A stretch of DNA of 64,000 bases from Tepidisphaerales bacterium (GTDB lineage: Bacteria; Planctomycetota; Phycisphaerae; Tepidisphaerales; Tepidisphaeraceae), in contig JBBROD010000001.1 of NCBI GenBank assembly GCA_038229715.1, forward strand, positions 10,011-74,010, read 5' to 3'. Below the pieces are notes generated by a model. The model made no database searches and was not told the DNA's origin. It saw nothing but the letters and a program-made list of their open reading frames with translations. The translations under genes and the position numbers were made by a program. Below, one piece after another: positions 45,647-55,453 of the stretch (position 1 is the stretch's first letter; each line of letters opens with the position of its first letter).

Positions 45647-46630
45647 CTATCGGACCTTGAGCAACACCTTCCCCATCGGCCCGGCGGCCAAGCGCTCGAA
45701 GGCGGCGGGGAGTTCTTCAAACTTGAAGATCCTGTCGACCGGCACGCGGGTGTCGTTCCGGGCGAGTTGGCCGACGATTTTCTTCCAGACTTCGTTCACC
45801 TCGCCCGCGGTGTACCCGCCGACATGCACGCCGCCGATCCGCAGACGTTTGAAGAAGAGCGAGGCGGTGTTGAAGTTCGGCACCGGGCCGGCGAGTCGCC
45901 CGACCAGGCTGACCCGGCCGCGCTCGCCGAGCGTCTCGATCACCTGCGGCAGGAGCGATCCGCCGATGTTGTCGATCGCCAGATCGACCCGCCGGCCGTC
46001 GAGCTTGGCTTTGAGTTCGGTCGGCCAATCGGGATTGTTTGGATCGAGCGCGACATCCGCGCCCAAAGCGAGTAACTCCTTCCGCTTTTTCTCGCTGCGG
46101 GAAAGAACGACAATGCGGAACCCCATCGATTTGGCGAGCAATACGCTCGCCGTCCCCACGCCGCCGGACGCGCCGGTGATGAGCACGATCGAACCGACGT
46201 TGAACGGCTCCCACATCGTCAGCGCCTGATACGCGGTGCAGTAAACCAGCGACGCGCCGGCCGCCTCGGTATCGCTCCAACCGGCGGGCTTGGGGGCGAG
46301 ATACTCAACCGGCACGGCGACTTTCTGCGCAAAAGTCCCCGGCCGATTCACGCCCGCATCGCCGCGCAGCAGCACGCGAACTTCACCCACGCGCGGGGAA
46401 ATCACCGCCTTGCCGACGGATACGACCGTGCCGATCCCGTCGCGCCCCAGAATGTGCGGAAACGCCGGCTTGGCCGGGTACTGGCCTTCGGCCAAGTATC
46501 GATCCGCGGGATTCAACGCGGCAAACTGAATCTCAACCACCGCTTCGCCCGGCGCCGGTACCGGATCGGGCACCTCAGCGAGCTTGAGATTCTGCAATCC
46601 GCCGATCGATTCAAGGATCCATGCTTTCAT
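45647..46630 (-). CDS. NADPH:quinone oxidoreductase / MDR-family zinc-type dehydrogenase
   Basis: 327 aa. It has MKAWILESIGG...EVPDPVPAPGEAVVEIQFAALNPADRY and a Rossmann motif, ITGASGGVG. Confidence 0.9.
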   Translation of the reverse strand: MKAWILESIGGLQNLKLAEVPDPVPAPGEAVVEIQFAALNPADRYLAEGQYPAKPAFPHILGRDGIGTVVSVGKAVISPRVGEVRVLLRGDAGVNRPGTFAQKVAVPVEYLAPKPAGWSDTEAAGASLVYCTAYQALTMWEPFNVGSIVLITGASGGVGTASVLLAKSMGFRIVVLSRSEKKRKELLALGADVALDPNNPDWPTELKAKLDGRRVDLAIDNIGGSLLPQVIETLGERGRVSLVGRLAGPVPNFNTASLFFKRLRIGGVHVGGYTAGEVNEVWKKIVGQLARNDTRVPVDRIFKFEELPAAFERLAAGPMGKVLLKVR

Positions 46631-46672
46631 GACTGCATTTTAAGCACAGTCGTCACTACAATTCACCGTGCC

Positions 46673-49456
46673 ATGGCAAAAAGCTTTTTTATCATCGACG
46701 GTCACGCCCAGATTTACCGCGCGTATTTTGCGCCATTTCGCGATCTCACCTCGCCCACCGGCGAGCCGACGAAGGCCACCTACGTGTTTACACAGATGCT
46801 GATCAACCTCATCGAGAGGCGCAAGCCCGATTACCTGGCGATGGTGATCGACTGCCCCGGCGAAGTGTTCCGATCGGAAATCTTCAAAGAGTACAAGGCC
46901 AATCGCAAACCCGCGCCCGATGACTTTCGGCCGCAGGAGCAGCGGATTCTGCAGATCGTGAAAGACGCCGGCGTGCCGATTTTTGCCAAGCCGGGCTTTG
47001 AGGCCGACGATGTGATCGCCACCATGGCGACTCGGCTGGAAGGTGAGTACGAGGTCTTCCTCGTCAGCAAGGACAAGGACCTGCGGCAAATCCTCGACGA
47101 CAAAATCCGCATGTACGACCCCCAAACCGACGAATCGTTCGGCCCGGCGGAACTGCACGCCAAGCTCGGCTTTACACCGGCGATGGCGATCGAAATCCAG
47201 ACGCTGATGGGCGACGCGATCGACAACGTCCCCGGCATCCCCGGCGTGGGCGAGAAAACGGCGGTGAAGCTGATCGAGAAATACGGGTCGGCGGACGCGG
47301 TGATGAATCATCTGGATGATCTGACGCCGAAGCTGCGGGAGAATTTCGAGAAAAACGCCGAACGCCTGGCGATCGCGCGGCAGCTGGTCACGCTGAAGCG
47401 CGATGTGGAGATGGACTTCGACCCGGCCGCCTGCGCATTCACCGGGCTTGACGTTCGTGCAGTCAGTAAGCATCTGAACGAATTGGGGTTCAGCACGCTC
47501 GCCAAACGGATCGGCGCGGACGTGGCCGCACCGGCGCCGGTCAAGCCCAAGCCCAAGGCCAGCGCCGGCCCGGCCGAGTTCGGACTGTTCGGCGCGATGA
47601 CCGAAGACGGCCAAGCCGCTCCGCCGCCGACGCACGCGACGAGCGAGGGGCTCACCTACACACTGGTCAATACGCCGGAGGGGTTTGATGCATTTCTCGT
47701 CGAGCTTAAACAGCAGAAGCGCTTCGCGTTCGACACCGAAACCGACGCGCTGGGCGCGATCAGCAGCGGCTGCATAGGAATGAGTTTTTCCTGGGAGGCG
47801 GGCACGGGCCACTACATCGCGCTGGCGGGGCCGAGCGGATCGATCGTGCTCGATGAACGCGACACGCTCGCGAAACTCAAGCCGATTCTTGAAGACGAAC
47901 GAATCGAAAAAGTCGGCCACAACATCAAGTACGATCTGCAGGTGATGCGCCAACGCGGCATCGAAGTGCGCGGGCTGGCGATGGACACGATGGTGGCCGC
48001 GTTCCTGCTCGAACCGACGCGGAACACGTTCGGCATGGATGCACTGTCGCTGCATTTGCTGAACTTCAAGAAGATTCCGACGATCGACCTTATCGGCAAA
48101 GGGCGGGTGCAGATCAGCATGGAGAAGGTCGATCTCGACCGCGTCACCCGCTACGCCGCCGAGGACGCGGATATTACCTGGCGGTTGGCCGAGCTGCTCG
48201 AGAAGCGGCTCGATAAAGTGCCGGCGATCAAGAAGCTGTCGCACGATATGGAAACGCCGCTGGTAAACGTGCTGGTGGAAATGGAAGCCAACGGCGTTGC
48301 GATCGACCCGGCAATTCTCAAAGAGCAAAGCACAAAGCTCGGCCATCGCATCGACGACCTGCGCCAGCAGATTATGACCGAGGCCGGCGGGGAGTTTAAC
48401 CCCGATTCGCCGAAGCAACTGGCCGACGTGCTGTTCAACAAGCTCGGCCTGCGCGTGGTGAAGAAAACCAAGACCGGCCCGAGCACCGACGTGGAAGTGC
48501 TGGAAAAACTCTCGCTCGAACACGCCGTGCCCAAGCTGATGCTGGAGTATCGCAGCCTGACGAAGCTGAAGAACACGTATCTGGATAATCTGACGGAGTA
48601 CATCAACCCGAAGACCGGCCGAATCCACGCGAGTTTCAGCCAGATCGGCGCCGAGACCGGCCGGCTGAGTTGCAGCGATCCGAACTTGCAGAACATCCCG
48701 ATCCGTACCGAGGAAGGCCGCGCGATTCGGCTGGCGTTCGTCCCCGGCGATCGCGAAAAAAACGTGCTGCTGACGGCCGACTACAGCCAGATCGAGCTGC
48801 GCGTGCTGGCGCACTACACGCAAGAGCCCGCGCTGGTGAAGGCGTTCGAAAACGACGAAGACATTCACCGCGCGGTGGCCGCCGAGGTGTTTCACGTGCC
48901 GCTCGATCAGGTCACCAAAGACCAGCGCGGGCAGGCGAAAACCGTCAATTTCGGCATCATCTACGGCGTCACCGCGTTCGGGCTCGCCCGACGGATCGAC
49001 GGCCTTTCCGTCGGCGCTGCGCAGGAACTGATCAACGCCTACAACAAACGCTTCCCCGCGATCCAGCGGTTCATGCTGGAATGCGTCGAACACGCGCAAA
49101 AGCACGGCTACGTCGAAACCCTGATGGGCCGCCGTCGCCCGCTACCGGACATCAACTCCGGCGTGATCTCCATCCGCAACATGAACGAGCGCATGGCCAT
49201 CAACAGCGTGGTGCAAGGATCGGCCGCGGACATGATCAAGATCGCGATGCTCAATGTTTATCGTCGGCTGCGAACGGAGAAACGCCCGAGCAAATTGCTG
49301 ATGCAGGTCCACGACGAACTGGTCTTTGAAACGCCCGCGGCTGTGGTGGAGCAGGAGGCCGAGATCGTTCGCCAGGAGATGCAGAACGCGATGACACTGC
49401 GCGTGCCGATTAAAGTGGAAGTCGGTTGGGGCAAGAACTGGGACGAGGGAAAGTAA
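46673..49456 (+). CDS. polA: DNA polymerase I
   Basis: The likely start is ATG at 46673 (MAKSFFIIDGHAQIYRAYFA, the 5' nuclease domain). Polymerase motifs are present (DYSQIELRVLAH, RGQAKTVNFGIIYG, QVHDELVFE). The track ORF starts 219 nt earlier, inside the convergent gene. Confidence 0.97.
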   Translation: MAKSFFIIDGHAQIYRAYFAPFRDLTSPTGEPTKATYVFTQMLINLIERRKPDYLAMVIDCPGEVFRSEIFKEYKANRKPAPDDFRPQEQRILQIVKDAGVPIFAKPGFEADDVIATMATRLEGEYEVFLVSKDKDLRQILDDKIRMYDPQTDESFGPAELHAKLGFTPAMAIEIQTLMGDAIDNVPGIPGVGEKTAVKLIEKYGSADAVMNHLDDLTPKLRENFEKNAERLAIARQLVTLKRDVEMDFDPAACAFTGLDVRAVSKHLNELGFSTLAKRIGADVAAPAPVKPKPKASAGPAEFGLFGAMTEDGQAAPPPTHATSEGLTYTLVNTPEGFDAFLVELKQQKRFAFDTETDALGAISSGCIGMSFSWEAGTGHYIALAGPSGSIVLDERDTLAKLKPILEDERIEKVGHNIKYDLQVMRQRGIEVRGLAMDTMVAAFLLEPTRNTFGMDALSLHLLNFKKIPTIDLIGKGRVQISMEKVDLDRVTRYAAEDADITWRLAELLEKRLDKVPAIKKLSHDMETPLVNVLVEMEANGVAIDPAILKEQSTKLGHRIDDLRQQIMTEAGGEFNPDSPKQLADVLFNKLGLRVVKKTKTGPSTDVEVLEKLSLEHAVPKLMLEYRSLTKLKNTYLDNLTEYINPKTGRIHASFSQIGAETGRLSCSDPNLQNIPIRTEEGRAIRLAFVPGDREKNVLLTADYSQIELRVLAHYTQEPALVKAFENDEDIHRAVAAEVFHVPLDQVTKDQRGQAKTVNFGIIYGVTAFGLARRIDGLSVGAAQELINAYNKRFPAIQRFMLECVEHAQKHGYVETLMGRRRPLPDINSGVISIRNMNERMAINSVVQGSAADMIKIAMLNVYRRLRTEKRPSKLLMQVHDELVFETPAAVVEQEAEIVRQEMQNAMTLRVPIKVEVGWGKNWDEGK

Positions 49457-49525
49457 GCGGGCCGAGCTTTCAAAAAAGCGATCGCTAAATGCTTTCGATT
49501 CTCGTGCCGGTTTACACTTACTCGA

Positions 49526-51022
49526 ATGTCCGAATCGCTTTTCGTCATCCTTGGCAATCAGCTGTTCTCTCCGTCGCTCTGGCCGGCGGAGGCGCGTGGC
49601 GTACCCGTGTTCATGGCCGAAGATCACGGCCTCTGCACGCATTACAAATACCACAAGCACAAAATCATCCTCTTCCTGGCCGCCATGCGCTCGTATGCGA
49701 CCGAGTTAAGTGAGCGGGGAGTGCGGGTCGACTATCGCCAGCTATCTTCCAAGACGGCCGGTCTGTCGTATGAGGACAAGCTGGCATCAGCTGTTAAGAC
49801 ACATCGCGTGAAGCAGCTGATCGTTTATGAGATTGAGGACAAGTTTTTCGAATCCCGCATCGCCGACTTCTGTAAGCAGCACAAGCTGACCCTTAAGACG
49901 CTGCCGTCCCCGATGTTTCTTACTACACGAGCGCAGTTTTCGGCTTACTTGGAATCTTCTCGCAAGCCGTTCATGAAGTCCTTTTACGAAGAACAGCGTC
50001 GCCGGCTTGATTTGCTGATGACGCCCGCAGGAACCCCGGTCGGCGGGCAGTACAGTTACGATCCCGAGAATCGCAAGCCGTTGCCAAAGAGTTTGCAACC
50101 GCCGGCGATCGCAAGGCCGAGGCCGTCGGCGATCGTGCAGGCAGTCGCCAAGCTCACGGATGAGTTATTCGCCGATCACCCGGGCACGTCGGCGGAATTC
50201 TGGCTCTCCGTCACGCGCAAACAGGCGCTGGCCCGGCTTGATGAGTTCTGCCGCGAGCGCCTCGAACTGTTCGGCCCGTACGAAGATGCAATCCCACAGC
50301 GATCGACATTTCTGTTCCACTCCGTCCTGTCGCCGTTGATCAATCTCGGCTTGCTCACGCCTGCGGAAGTGATCCAAAAAGCCATCGCCGTCGCCGGGAA
50401 GCAAAACGTGCCGCTCCCGTCACTGGAAGGATTTGTACGTCAGGTCGTCGGCTGGCGCGAGTTCATCCGCGGCATTTATCAGAACTTCTCCGCGAAGGAA
50501 GAACGCGGCAACTTCTTCAAGCACCATAAAAAGCTTTCGTCCATGTGGTACTCGGCCAATACAGGCATCCCACCGCTGGATGCGACGCTCGCGAAAGTCC
50601 TCAAGCTCGGCTGGTGCAATCACATCGAGCGGCTGATGGTGCTCTCCAACCTTATGCTGCTCTGCGAGGTGCATCCGTCGGAGGCGCACCGCTGGTTCAT
50701 GGAAATGTTTGTGGATTCCAGCGATTGGGTGATGGGCCCGAACGTCTATGGCATGGGCCAGTTCAGCGACGGCGGACTTTTTGCCACCAAGCCGTACATT
50801 TGCGGCTCCAATTACATGATCAAGATGAGCGATCACACCAAGGGCGACTGGTGCGATGTGGTTGACGGTTTGTACTGGAGTTTCATCGACCGCCACCGTG
50901 TGTATTTCGCGAAGAACCCTCGAACAATGTACCTGCCGACGAATCTGGACAGGCTGACGGCGGAACGCCGAGCGAGACTGTTCGAACGGGCCGAAAACTT
51001 CCGCAAGCTGGCGACGAGATAA
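49526..51022 (+). CDS. cryptochrome/photolyase-family protein of the photolyase-related (CryPro / bacterial (6-4) photolyase-like) class
   Basis: 498 aa. The segments MSESLFVILGNQLF...HYKYHKHKIILFLAAMRSY and ...GWCNHIERLM...KPYICGSNYMIKMSD are characteristic of this class. Confidence 0.85.
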   Translation: MSESLFVILGNQLFSPSLWPAEARGVPVFMAEDHGLCTHYKYHKHKIILFLAAMRSYATELSERGVRVDYRQLSSKTAGLSYEDKLASAVKTHRVKQLIVYEIEDKFFESRIADFCKQHKLTLKTLPSPMFLTTRAQFSAYLESSRKPFMKSFYEEQRRRLDLLMTPAGTPVGGQYSYDPENRKPLPKSLQPPAIARPRPSAIVQAVAKLTDELFADHPGTSAEFWLSVTRKQALARLDEFCRERLELFGPYEDAIPQRSTFLFHSVLSPLINLGLLTPAEVIQKAIAVAGKQNVPLPSLEGFVRQVVGWREFIRGIYQNFSAKEERGNFFKHHKKLSSMWYSANTGIPPLDATLAKVLKLGWCNHIERLMVLSNLMLLCEVHPSEAHRWFMEMFVDSSDWVMGPNVYGMGQFSDGGLFATKPYICGSNYMIKMSDHTKGDWCDVVDGLYWSFIDRHRVYFAKNPRTMYLPTNLDRLTAERRARLFERAENFRKLATR

Positions 51023-51062
51023 TCCAAGACAGATGCGTTTCTCCCGGCTAAACTACTAAGCC

Positions 51063-51494
51063 GTGGAACTTGAAGATCCCAGTTTTGAGTTTGTCCCAAA
51101 GATCGACCGCCGACGGACGATCCCCGAGCCGCCGCCGGTTCGGGTGATCGCGGTGGAGGACGTCTCTCTGGCTGCCACACCGAAAGAAGCGGCGAAGCTT
51201 GATGCGTTTTACGTCGGGCTGCTGCGGTTCGAGCGGGACGACAAGGAACTCGGCATGGTCTATAAGGCCGAGAACGTTCGGTTGCGGTTTACAGTCGAGG
51301 ACGCGCCACGCAAAGACGACATGCGCGTGCTGGGGATAGAAGTGCCTTCCCTCCGCGATCTGGAACTACTGCTGGTCGATCGGCAGATCGAATTCCTCAA
51401 AGAGCCCGGCCTGTACGTCGGCCAGACCACCTTCCTGTTGCAAGACCCGGCCAGCCATTGGGTTCGCCTGAGCGAAGTGGTGCGGATCATCTGA
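51063..51494 (+). CDS. glyoxalase/VOC-fold protein (hypothetical)
   Basis: The track ORF has a GTG start, and an alternative GTG lies at 51144. The segments VEDVSL...AAKLDAFYVGLLRFE and ...LLQDPASHWVRL resemble VOC beta-alpha-beta-beta-beta modules. Confidence 0.45.
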   Translation: MELEDPSFEFVPKIDRRRTIPEPPPVRVIAVEDVSLAATPKEAAKLDAFYVGLLRFERDDKELGMVYKAENVRLRFTVEDAPRKDDMRVLGIEVPSLRDLELLLVDRQIEFLKEPGLYVGQTTFLLQDPASHWVRLSEVVRII

Positions 51495-51558
51495 CGCCTG
51501 CCGCTTGCGAGTGGGCCGCTATTTGCGGGTCTTTGCAAATCTGCGAAGATGATCGCTC

Positions 51559-52188
51559 GTGTTCCACCACAAACCCATCATCGGCATCGCCGGCGGGATC
51601 GGCAGTGGGAAGTCGTTTATCGCCCGGCTGTTTGGTGAACTCGGCTGCTCGGTGGTCGATTCCGACGCTGCGGTTCGTGAGGTTTATACCCAGCCGGCCG
51701 TGCTGCAAACGATCCAAAATTGGTGGCCGGGCGTGGTGAATTCAGCCGGTACGCTGGACCGTAAAGCCGTTGCGTCGCGGGTGTTCAATAACTCCGCCGA
51801 ACGACAAAAATTAGAGGCTTTGGTACACCCGCTGGTCGATCAGGTCCGAATCCGCCAGATGGATCGCGATCTGACGCAAATTCAGAGTTTGAAAGCCTTT
51901 ATATGGGATACGCCGCTCCTGTTTGAGACCGGTTTGTATCGGCAATGCGACGCGTTGGTTTTCATCGATACGCCGCTGGAAATTCGGGTTAAAAGGGTGG
52001 CCGAGCGGGGGTGGGATCAGGCCGAGTTAGCCCGCCGAGAAAATTTACAATGGCCACTTGATAAAAAGCGTTCTTTATGCAACGATGTGATAGTCAACTT
52101 CGGAAACGAAGCGGACGCCCGCGGCCAAGTCGGTCAAGTGCTTTCCCGAATTCTTGCGAGAACGTCGAAAGACCCCGAATCGTTTTAA
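51559..52188 (+). CDS. coaE: dephospho-CoA kinase
   Basis: GTG start. The P-loop is IIGIAGGIGSGKSFIARLF. Confidence 0.9.
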   Translation: MFHHKPIIGIAGGIGSGKSFIARLFGELGCSVVDSDAAVREVYTQPAVLQTIQNWWPGVVNSAGTLDRKAVASRVFNNSAERQKLEALVHPLVDQVRIRQMDRDLTQIQSLKAFIWDTPLLFETGLYRQCDALVFIDTPLEIRVKRVAERGWDQAELARRENLQWPLDKKRSLCNDVIVNFGNEADARGQVGQVLSRILARTSKDPESF

Positions 52189-52629
52189 CCCGGTTATTTT
52201 ATCCCCAGGTTGAACGGCTTAGTTCACGCATCGGACGGGTGTAAGTTCATAGATCGACAGGCTCACCTGAACAAGATGGCAATGGCTCGTCGGTCGTGAG
52301 GTCGTCGGACGTGAGGGAAGAAGCAAGTTGCAGTGGCCCGGTCGAATCGGGTGGTACATCGCGATATTTTTCCCAAGATCAGTCGTTGAAAGGAATCGCC
52401 CGCTCGGATGGCGGGCTTCGCAGGCAACTGTGGATCGAGTCTTGTCGATCGATCGCCGCGCCCGGATGGCCAGGCGATTGCAATCCTGAGAATCCTCGAA
52501 ATACGCTTGAGTCGAATGCGCATCGAACCTTCTGCAAACACATTGAACCAACGCACCAGCCGCTTGAATCGGCAATGAAATATAAGGCAAGTCAGTCAAC
52601 TGCTAACCTCTTTTTTGGAAGCCTGAATC

Positions 52630-54141
52630 ATGGCCAAGTCCACACCCCGTCCGCGTCGCCTGCACACCTCGCAACAAGAAAACGACGCTCCTGAAGTAGA
52701 AACCACCGCCACCGCCGTCGCGCCTCCCCCGCCGGTTGCGCCCATGCCCAACGCCACCGCGCCGGCGCCCATCGCGCCGCAGCCACCCGCGAATGGTAAC
52801 TCAACCTCCAACTCTTCGGCCACAGGTGAAGACATCGGCAGCTTCGATGCTGAGACCAACGCCCGGTACGAACAGGTCAAAGGCGGCAAGCTCTACATCA
52901 AAGACCTGCAGCAGATGGACATCATCGGCCTGCACGAAATCGCCAAGCAGGAAAACATCCAGGACTACATCGGCCTGAAGAAGCAGGACCTGATCTTCCA
53001 GATTCTCCGAGCCCGCATCCGCCAGAACGGCCTGATGTACGGCGAAGGCGTGCTGGAAATCCTGCCTGACGGGTTCGGCTTCCTCCGCAGCCCGGAATAC
53101 AACTACCTGCCTTGCCCGGACGATATTTACATCAGCCCCAGCCAGATCCGCCGGTTCGGATTGCGTAACGGCCACGTTGTACAAGGCCAAATCCGTCCGC
53201 CGAAGGAATCCGAGCGCTATTTCGCGCTGCTCCGCGTTGAAGCCATCAACGGCGAAGACCCCGAGCGCATCAACGACACCGGCAATTTCGAAGACCTCAC
53301 GCCGCTGCACCCCAACCGCCGGCTGGTGCTGGAGAGCGATCCGAAAGACCTGAACATGCGGATCGTCGACCTCGTCACCCCGATCGGCAAAGGCCAGCGC
53401 ATGCTGATCGTCGCTCCGCCGCGTACCGGTAAGACGGTACTGCTGCAGAAGATCGCCAACGCGATTTCTAAGAATCATCCTGAAGTGGTGCTGATGATCC
53501 TGCTGATAGACGAGCGGCCGGAAGAAGTGACGGACATGGAACGCAACACCAAGGGCGAAGTAATTTCGTCCACGTTCGACGAGCCTACCGCCCGTCACGT
53601 GCAGGTTGCGGAAATGGTCATCGAAAAAGCCAAGCGATACGTCGAATTCGGCAAGGACGTTGTCGTCCTGCTCGACTCGATCACGCGACTGGCCCGCGCG
53701 TACAACACCGAAGTGCCGCACTCGGGCAAGATTCTCACCGGCGGTGTCGACGCGAACGCGCTCCAAAAGCCCAAGCGTTTCTTCGGTGCCGCTCGTAACA
53801 TTGAAGAGGGAGGCAGCCTGACGATTCTGGCCACCGCGCTGATCGACACCGGCTCGAAGATGGACGAAGTGATCTTCGAAGAATTCAAGGGCACCGGCAA
53901 CGCCGAGTTGCACCTGGATCGCCGCCTGGTCGACCGCCGCACTTACCCGGCCATCGACATCAACTCCTCCGGCACGCGTCGCGAGGAATTGCTGCTGGAT
54001 AAGAAGGAAATGGAACTCATCTTCCGTCTCCGTCGCGTGTTGAGCGACATGAATCCTGTGGAAGCGATCGAACTCCTCAAGGGCCGACTCGAGAAAGTGC
54101 CGAGCAACGCTCAGTTCTTGATGAGCATGAACCTGGATTAG
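52630..54141 (+). CDS. rho: transcription termination factor Rho with a low-complexity N-terminal extension
   Basis: 503 aa. The RNA-binding OB region is GFGFLR. Walker A is PPRTGKT. A C-terminal RecA-like domain is present. The first ~85 aa are Ala/Pro/Thr/Asn-rich. Confidence 0.97.
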   Translation: MAKSTPRPRRLHTSQQENDAPEVETTATAVAPPPPVAPMPNATAPAPIAPQPPANGNSTSNSSATGEDIGSFDAETNARYEQVKGGKLYIKDLQQMDIIGLHEIAKQENIQDYIGLKKQDLIFQILRARIRQNGLMYGEGVLEILPDGFGFLRSPEYNYLPCPDDIYISPSQIRRFGLRNGHVVQGQIRPPKESERYFALLRVEAINGEDPERINDTGNFEDLTPLHPNRRLVLESDPKDLNMRIVDLVTPIGKGQRMLIVAPPRTGKTVLLQKIANAISKNHPEVVLMILLIDERPEEVTDMERNTKGEVISSTFDEPTARHVQVAEMVIEKAKRYVEFGKDVVVLLDSITRLARAYNTEVPHSGKILTGGVDANALQKPKRFFGAARNIEEGGSLTILATALIDTGSKMDEVIFEEFKGTGNAELHLDRRLVDRRTYPAIDINSSGTRREELLLDKKEMELIFRLRRVLSDMNPVEAIELLKGRLEKVPSNAQFLMSMNLD

Positions 54142-54166
54142 TCGATCGATTGAAGTTGAAATCTCC

Positions 54167-54199
54167 AGGCCCGTCACCCACGGTGGCGGGCCTGTTTTC
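54167..54199 (+). terminator. intrinsic terminator downstream of rho
   Basis: The stem is CAGGCCCGTCACC-CAC-GGTGGCGGGCCTG and it is followed by TTTTCT. Confidence 0.65.
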
Positions 54200-54201
54200 T
54201 A

Positions 54202-54546
54202 ATGAACAGCGAACAACCCACCAGCCGCTATCTTAAAACGCCCGACGGGAGATACTTCGTCGCGCGAGGCAAACTGCTGCGCTGCAGCAACCCTGATCTG
54301 TTGCCGGCCGACCGGGAGAAATACTCGGCGTTGCTGGTGATCGCCCGCAAAGAGGTCCGATCGGCCAAAATGTGGGGCACGGTTGAGGACGTACAAAAGG
54401 CGCACAAAAAAGTAGACGCCGCCAAGCAGGGCCTCGGCGAACGCGGCAGTCCTTGGTGGACCGATGGCGCGCCTGATTACAATCGGCTGGAGATTGAGAA
54501 TACGCCGTATGCTGCGTGGTGGAATCAGCACAACGCGGGGAAGTAA
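54202..54546 (+). CDS. conserved hypothetical protein (114 aa)
   Basis: The ORF has ...GRYFVARGKLLRCSNP... and ...LGERGSPWWTDGAPDYNR.... This pattern recurs in many bacteria, but I cannot assign a family name. Confidence 0.5.
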   Translation: MNSEQPTSRYLKTPDGRYFVARGKLLRCSNPDLLPADREKYSALLVIARKEVRSAKMWGTVEDVQKAHKKVDAAKQGLGERGSPWWTDGAPDYNRLEIENTPYAAWWNQHNAGK

Positions 54547-54677
54547 GCGGCGTTCGATTCAGATGAGTCGAACGAGATTCGGCGCGAGACCGGCATCAGC
54601 AGCAAAAGTCCATCCGTCGCCGTTGCGTGATCCTAGAGCAACGCACTTTTGTTGTAACGTGGTATTAACTGTTCGTC

Positions 54678-54758
54678 GTCATCCTGAGGTACTCCGAAGG
54701 ATCTCGAACGTCGAATGCCGGTCGCAATCCGAGATCCTTCGGAGTACGTCAGGATGAC
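54678..54758. repeat. palindromic repeat GTCATCCTGAGGTACTCCGAAGGATCTCG...GAGATCCTTCGGAGTACGTCAGGATGAC (loop in inverted orientation relative to 32101 and 41018)
   Basis: Read directly. The loop GAACGTCGAATGCCGGTCGCAATCC is the reverse complement of the loop type in the other copies. Confidence 0.85.
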
Positions 54759-54798
54759 GATTACAGAGCCTGCACGCTACATCAAATTGCTCTCGGCT

Positions 54799-55374
54799 CT
54801 AACTGTTCGGCGGCTTCGCTCGCGACATGTACTGTAGATACGCGCCTTCCAATGTGCTGAGAAACCGCGGAATGATCGGAGCGGAGATAAACACCCGCGA
54901 CGATACGGCTGCTGTCGGGAAAAAGCCGGTGATGAAATCGAAGAAAAACTCTGCCGGCGAATGCCCGATCAATACCGAGTTGGCGTAACTGCCGGCCAGC
55001 AGGTCGTCTGAGATTTTGAAGTTCTCGTAGATTTCCTGGACGGACAGTCGTCGTTCGTTCGGTGGTCGCGGCGGGAGCGCCGGTGGAGGGCCGAAGGCGG
55101 TGGTGTACTTGTCGATATTGTCCTTCAGCGCGGAAATCAGTTCCGCCATGGTTTGCGGCGCGACGACGACCCGCGCATTGACCCGGAACGGGCGGGTCAG
55201 TCCCTGCAGGAAGTCGATGACAAATTCCTTCGGGCTGTCGAGTACCACCTGGCCCGTGGAATACACGCCGGCGGCAACGCGATCAGGCACGCGCGCGCCG
55301 ACCGGCTGGTGTGCCAACTTCTCAGAGACCGGTTGATTGGGATCGGACGGCGGATTGGGGGTTGTTTCGCTCAC
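54799..55374 (-). CDS. protein with two DUF3467-like domains
   Basis: GTG start. The two related segments are AGVYSTGQVVLDSPKEFVIDFLQ...VNARVVVAPQTMAELISALKDNIDKY and AGSYANSVLIGHSPAEFFFDFIT...VSSRVFISAPIIPRFLSTLEGAY. Confidence 0.55.
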   Translation of the reverse strand: MSETTPNPPSDPNQPVSEKLAHQPVGARVPDRVAAGVYSTGQVVLDSPKEFVIDFLQGLTRPFRVNARVVVAPQTMAELISALKDNIDKYTTAFGPPPALPPRPPNERRLSVQEIYENFKISDDLLAGSYANSVLIGHSPAEFFFDFITGFFPTAAVSSRVFISAPIIPRFLSTLEGAYLQYMSRAKPPNS

Positions 55375-55453
55375 GCCTGAATGTTAACCGCGAAGGCGCG
55401 AAGACGCGAAAGAGCAAAAGAGATATTGCGTTATACGGTCTTCTTCGGTTGGA

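Noticed and set aside
46640-49105. 821-aa ORF on the minus strand
   Set aside because: It is entirely antisense to polA, whose identity is unambiguous. The translation is Arg/Ala/His/Gly-rich and low-complexity, as expected for shadow ORFs in GC-rich DNA.
52189-52629. Structured ncRNA (RNase P RNA, tmRNA, SRP RNA, 6S) in the long gap before rho
   Set aside because: None of the universal signature strings I know is present: GGAAAGUCCGGGC for RNase P, the tRNA-like GGGG...UCCACCA ends of tmRNA, or the AGGUCAGGUCCGGAAGGAAGCAGC-type SRP motif. 6S RNA cannot be excluded by eye.
52801-54177. 458-aa ORF antisense to rho
   Set aside because: It is a shadow ORF opposite a highly conserved gene, with no recognisable motifs.
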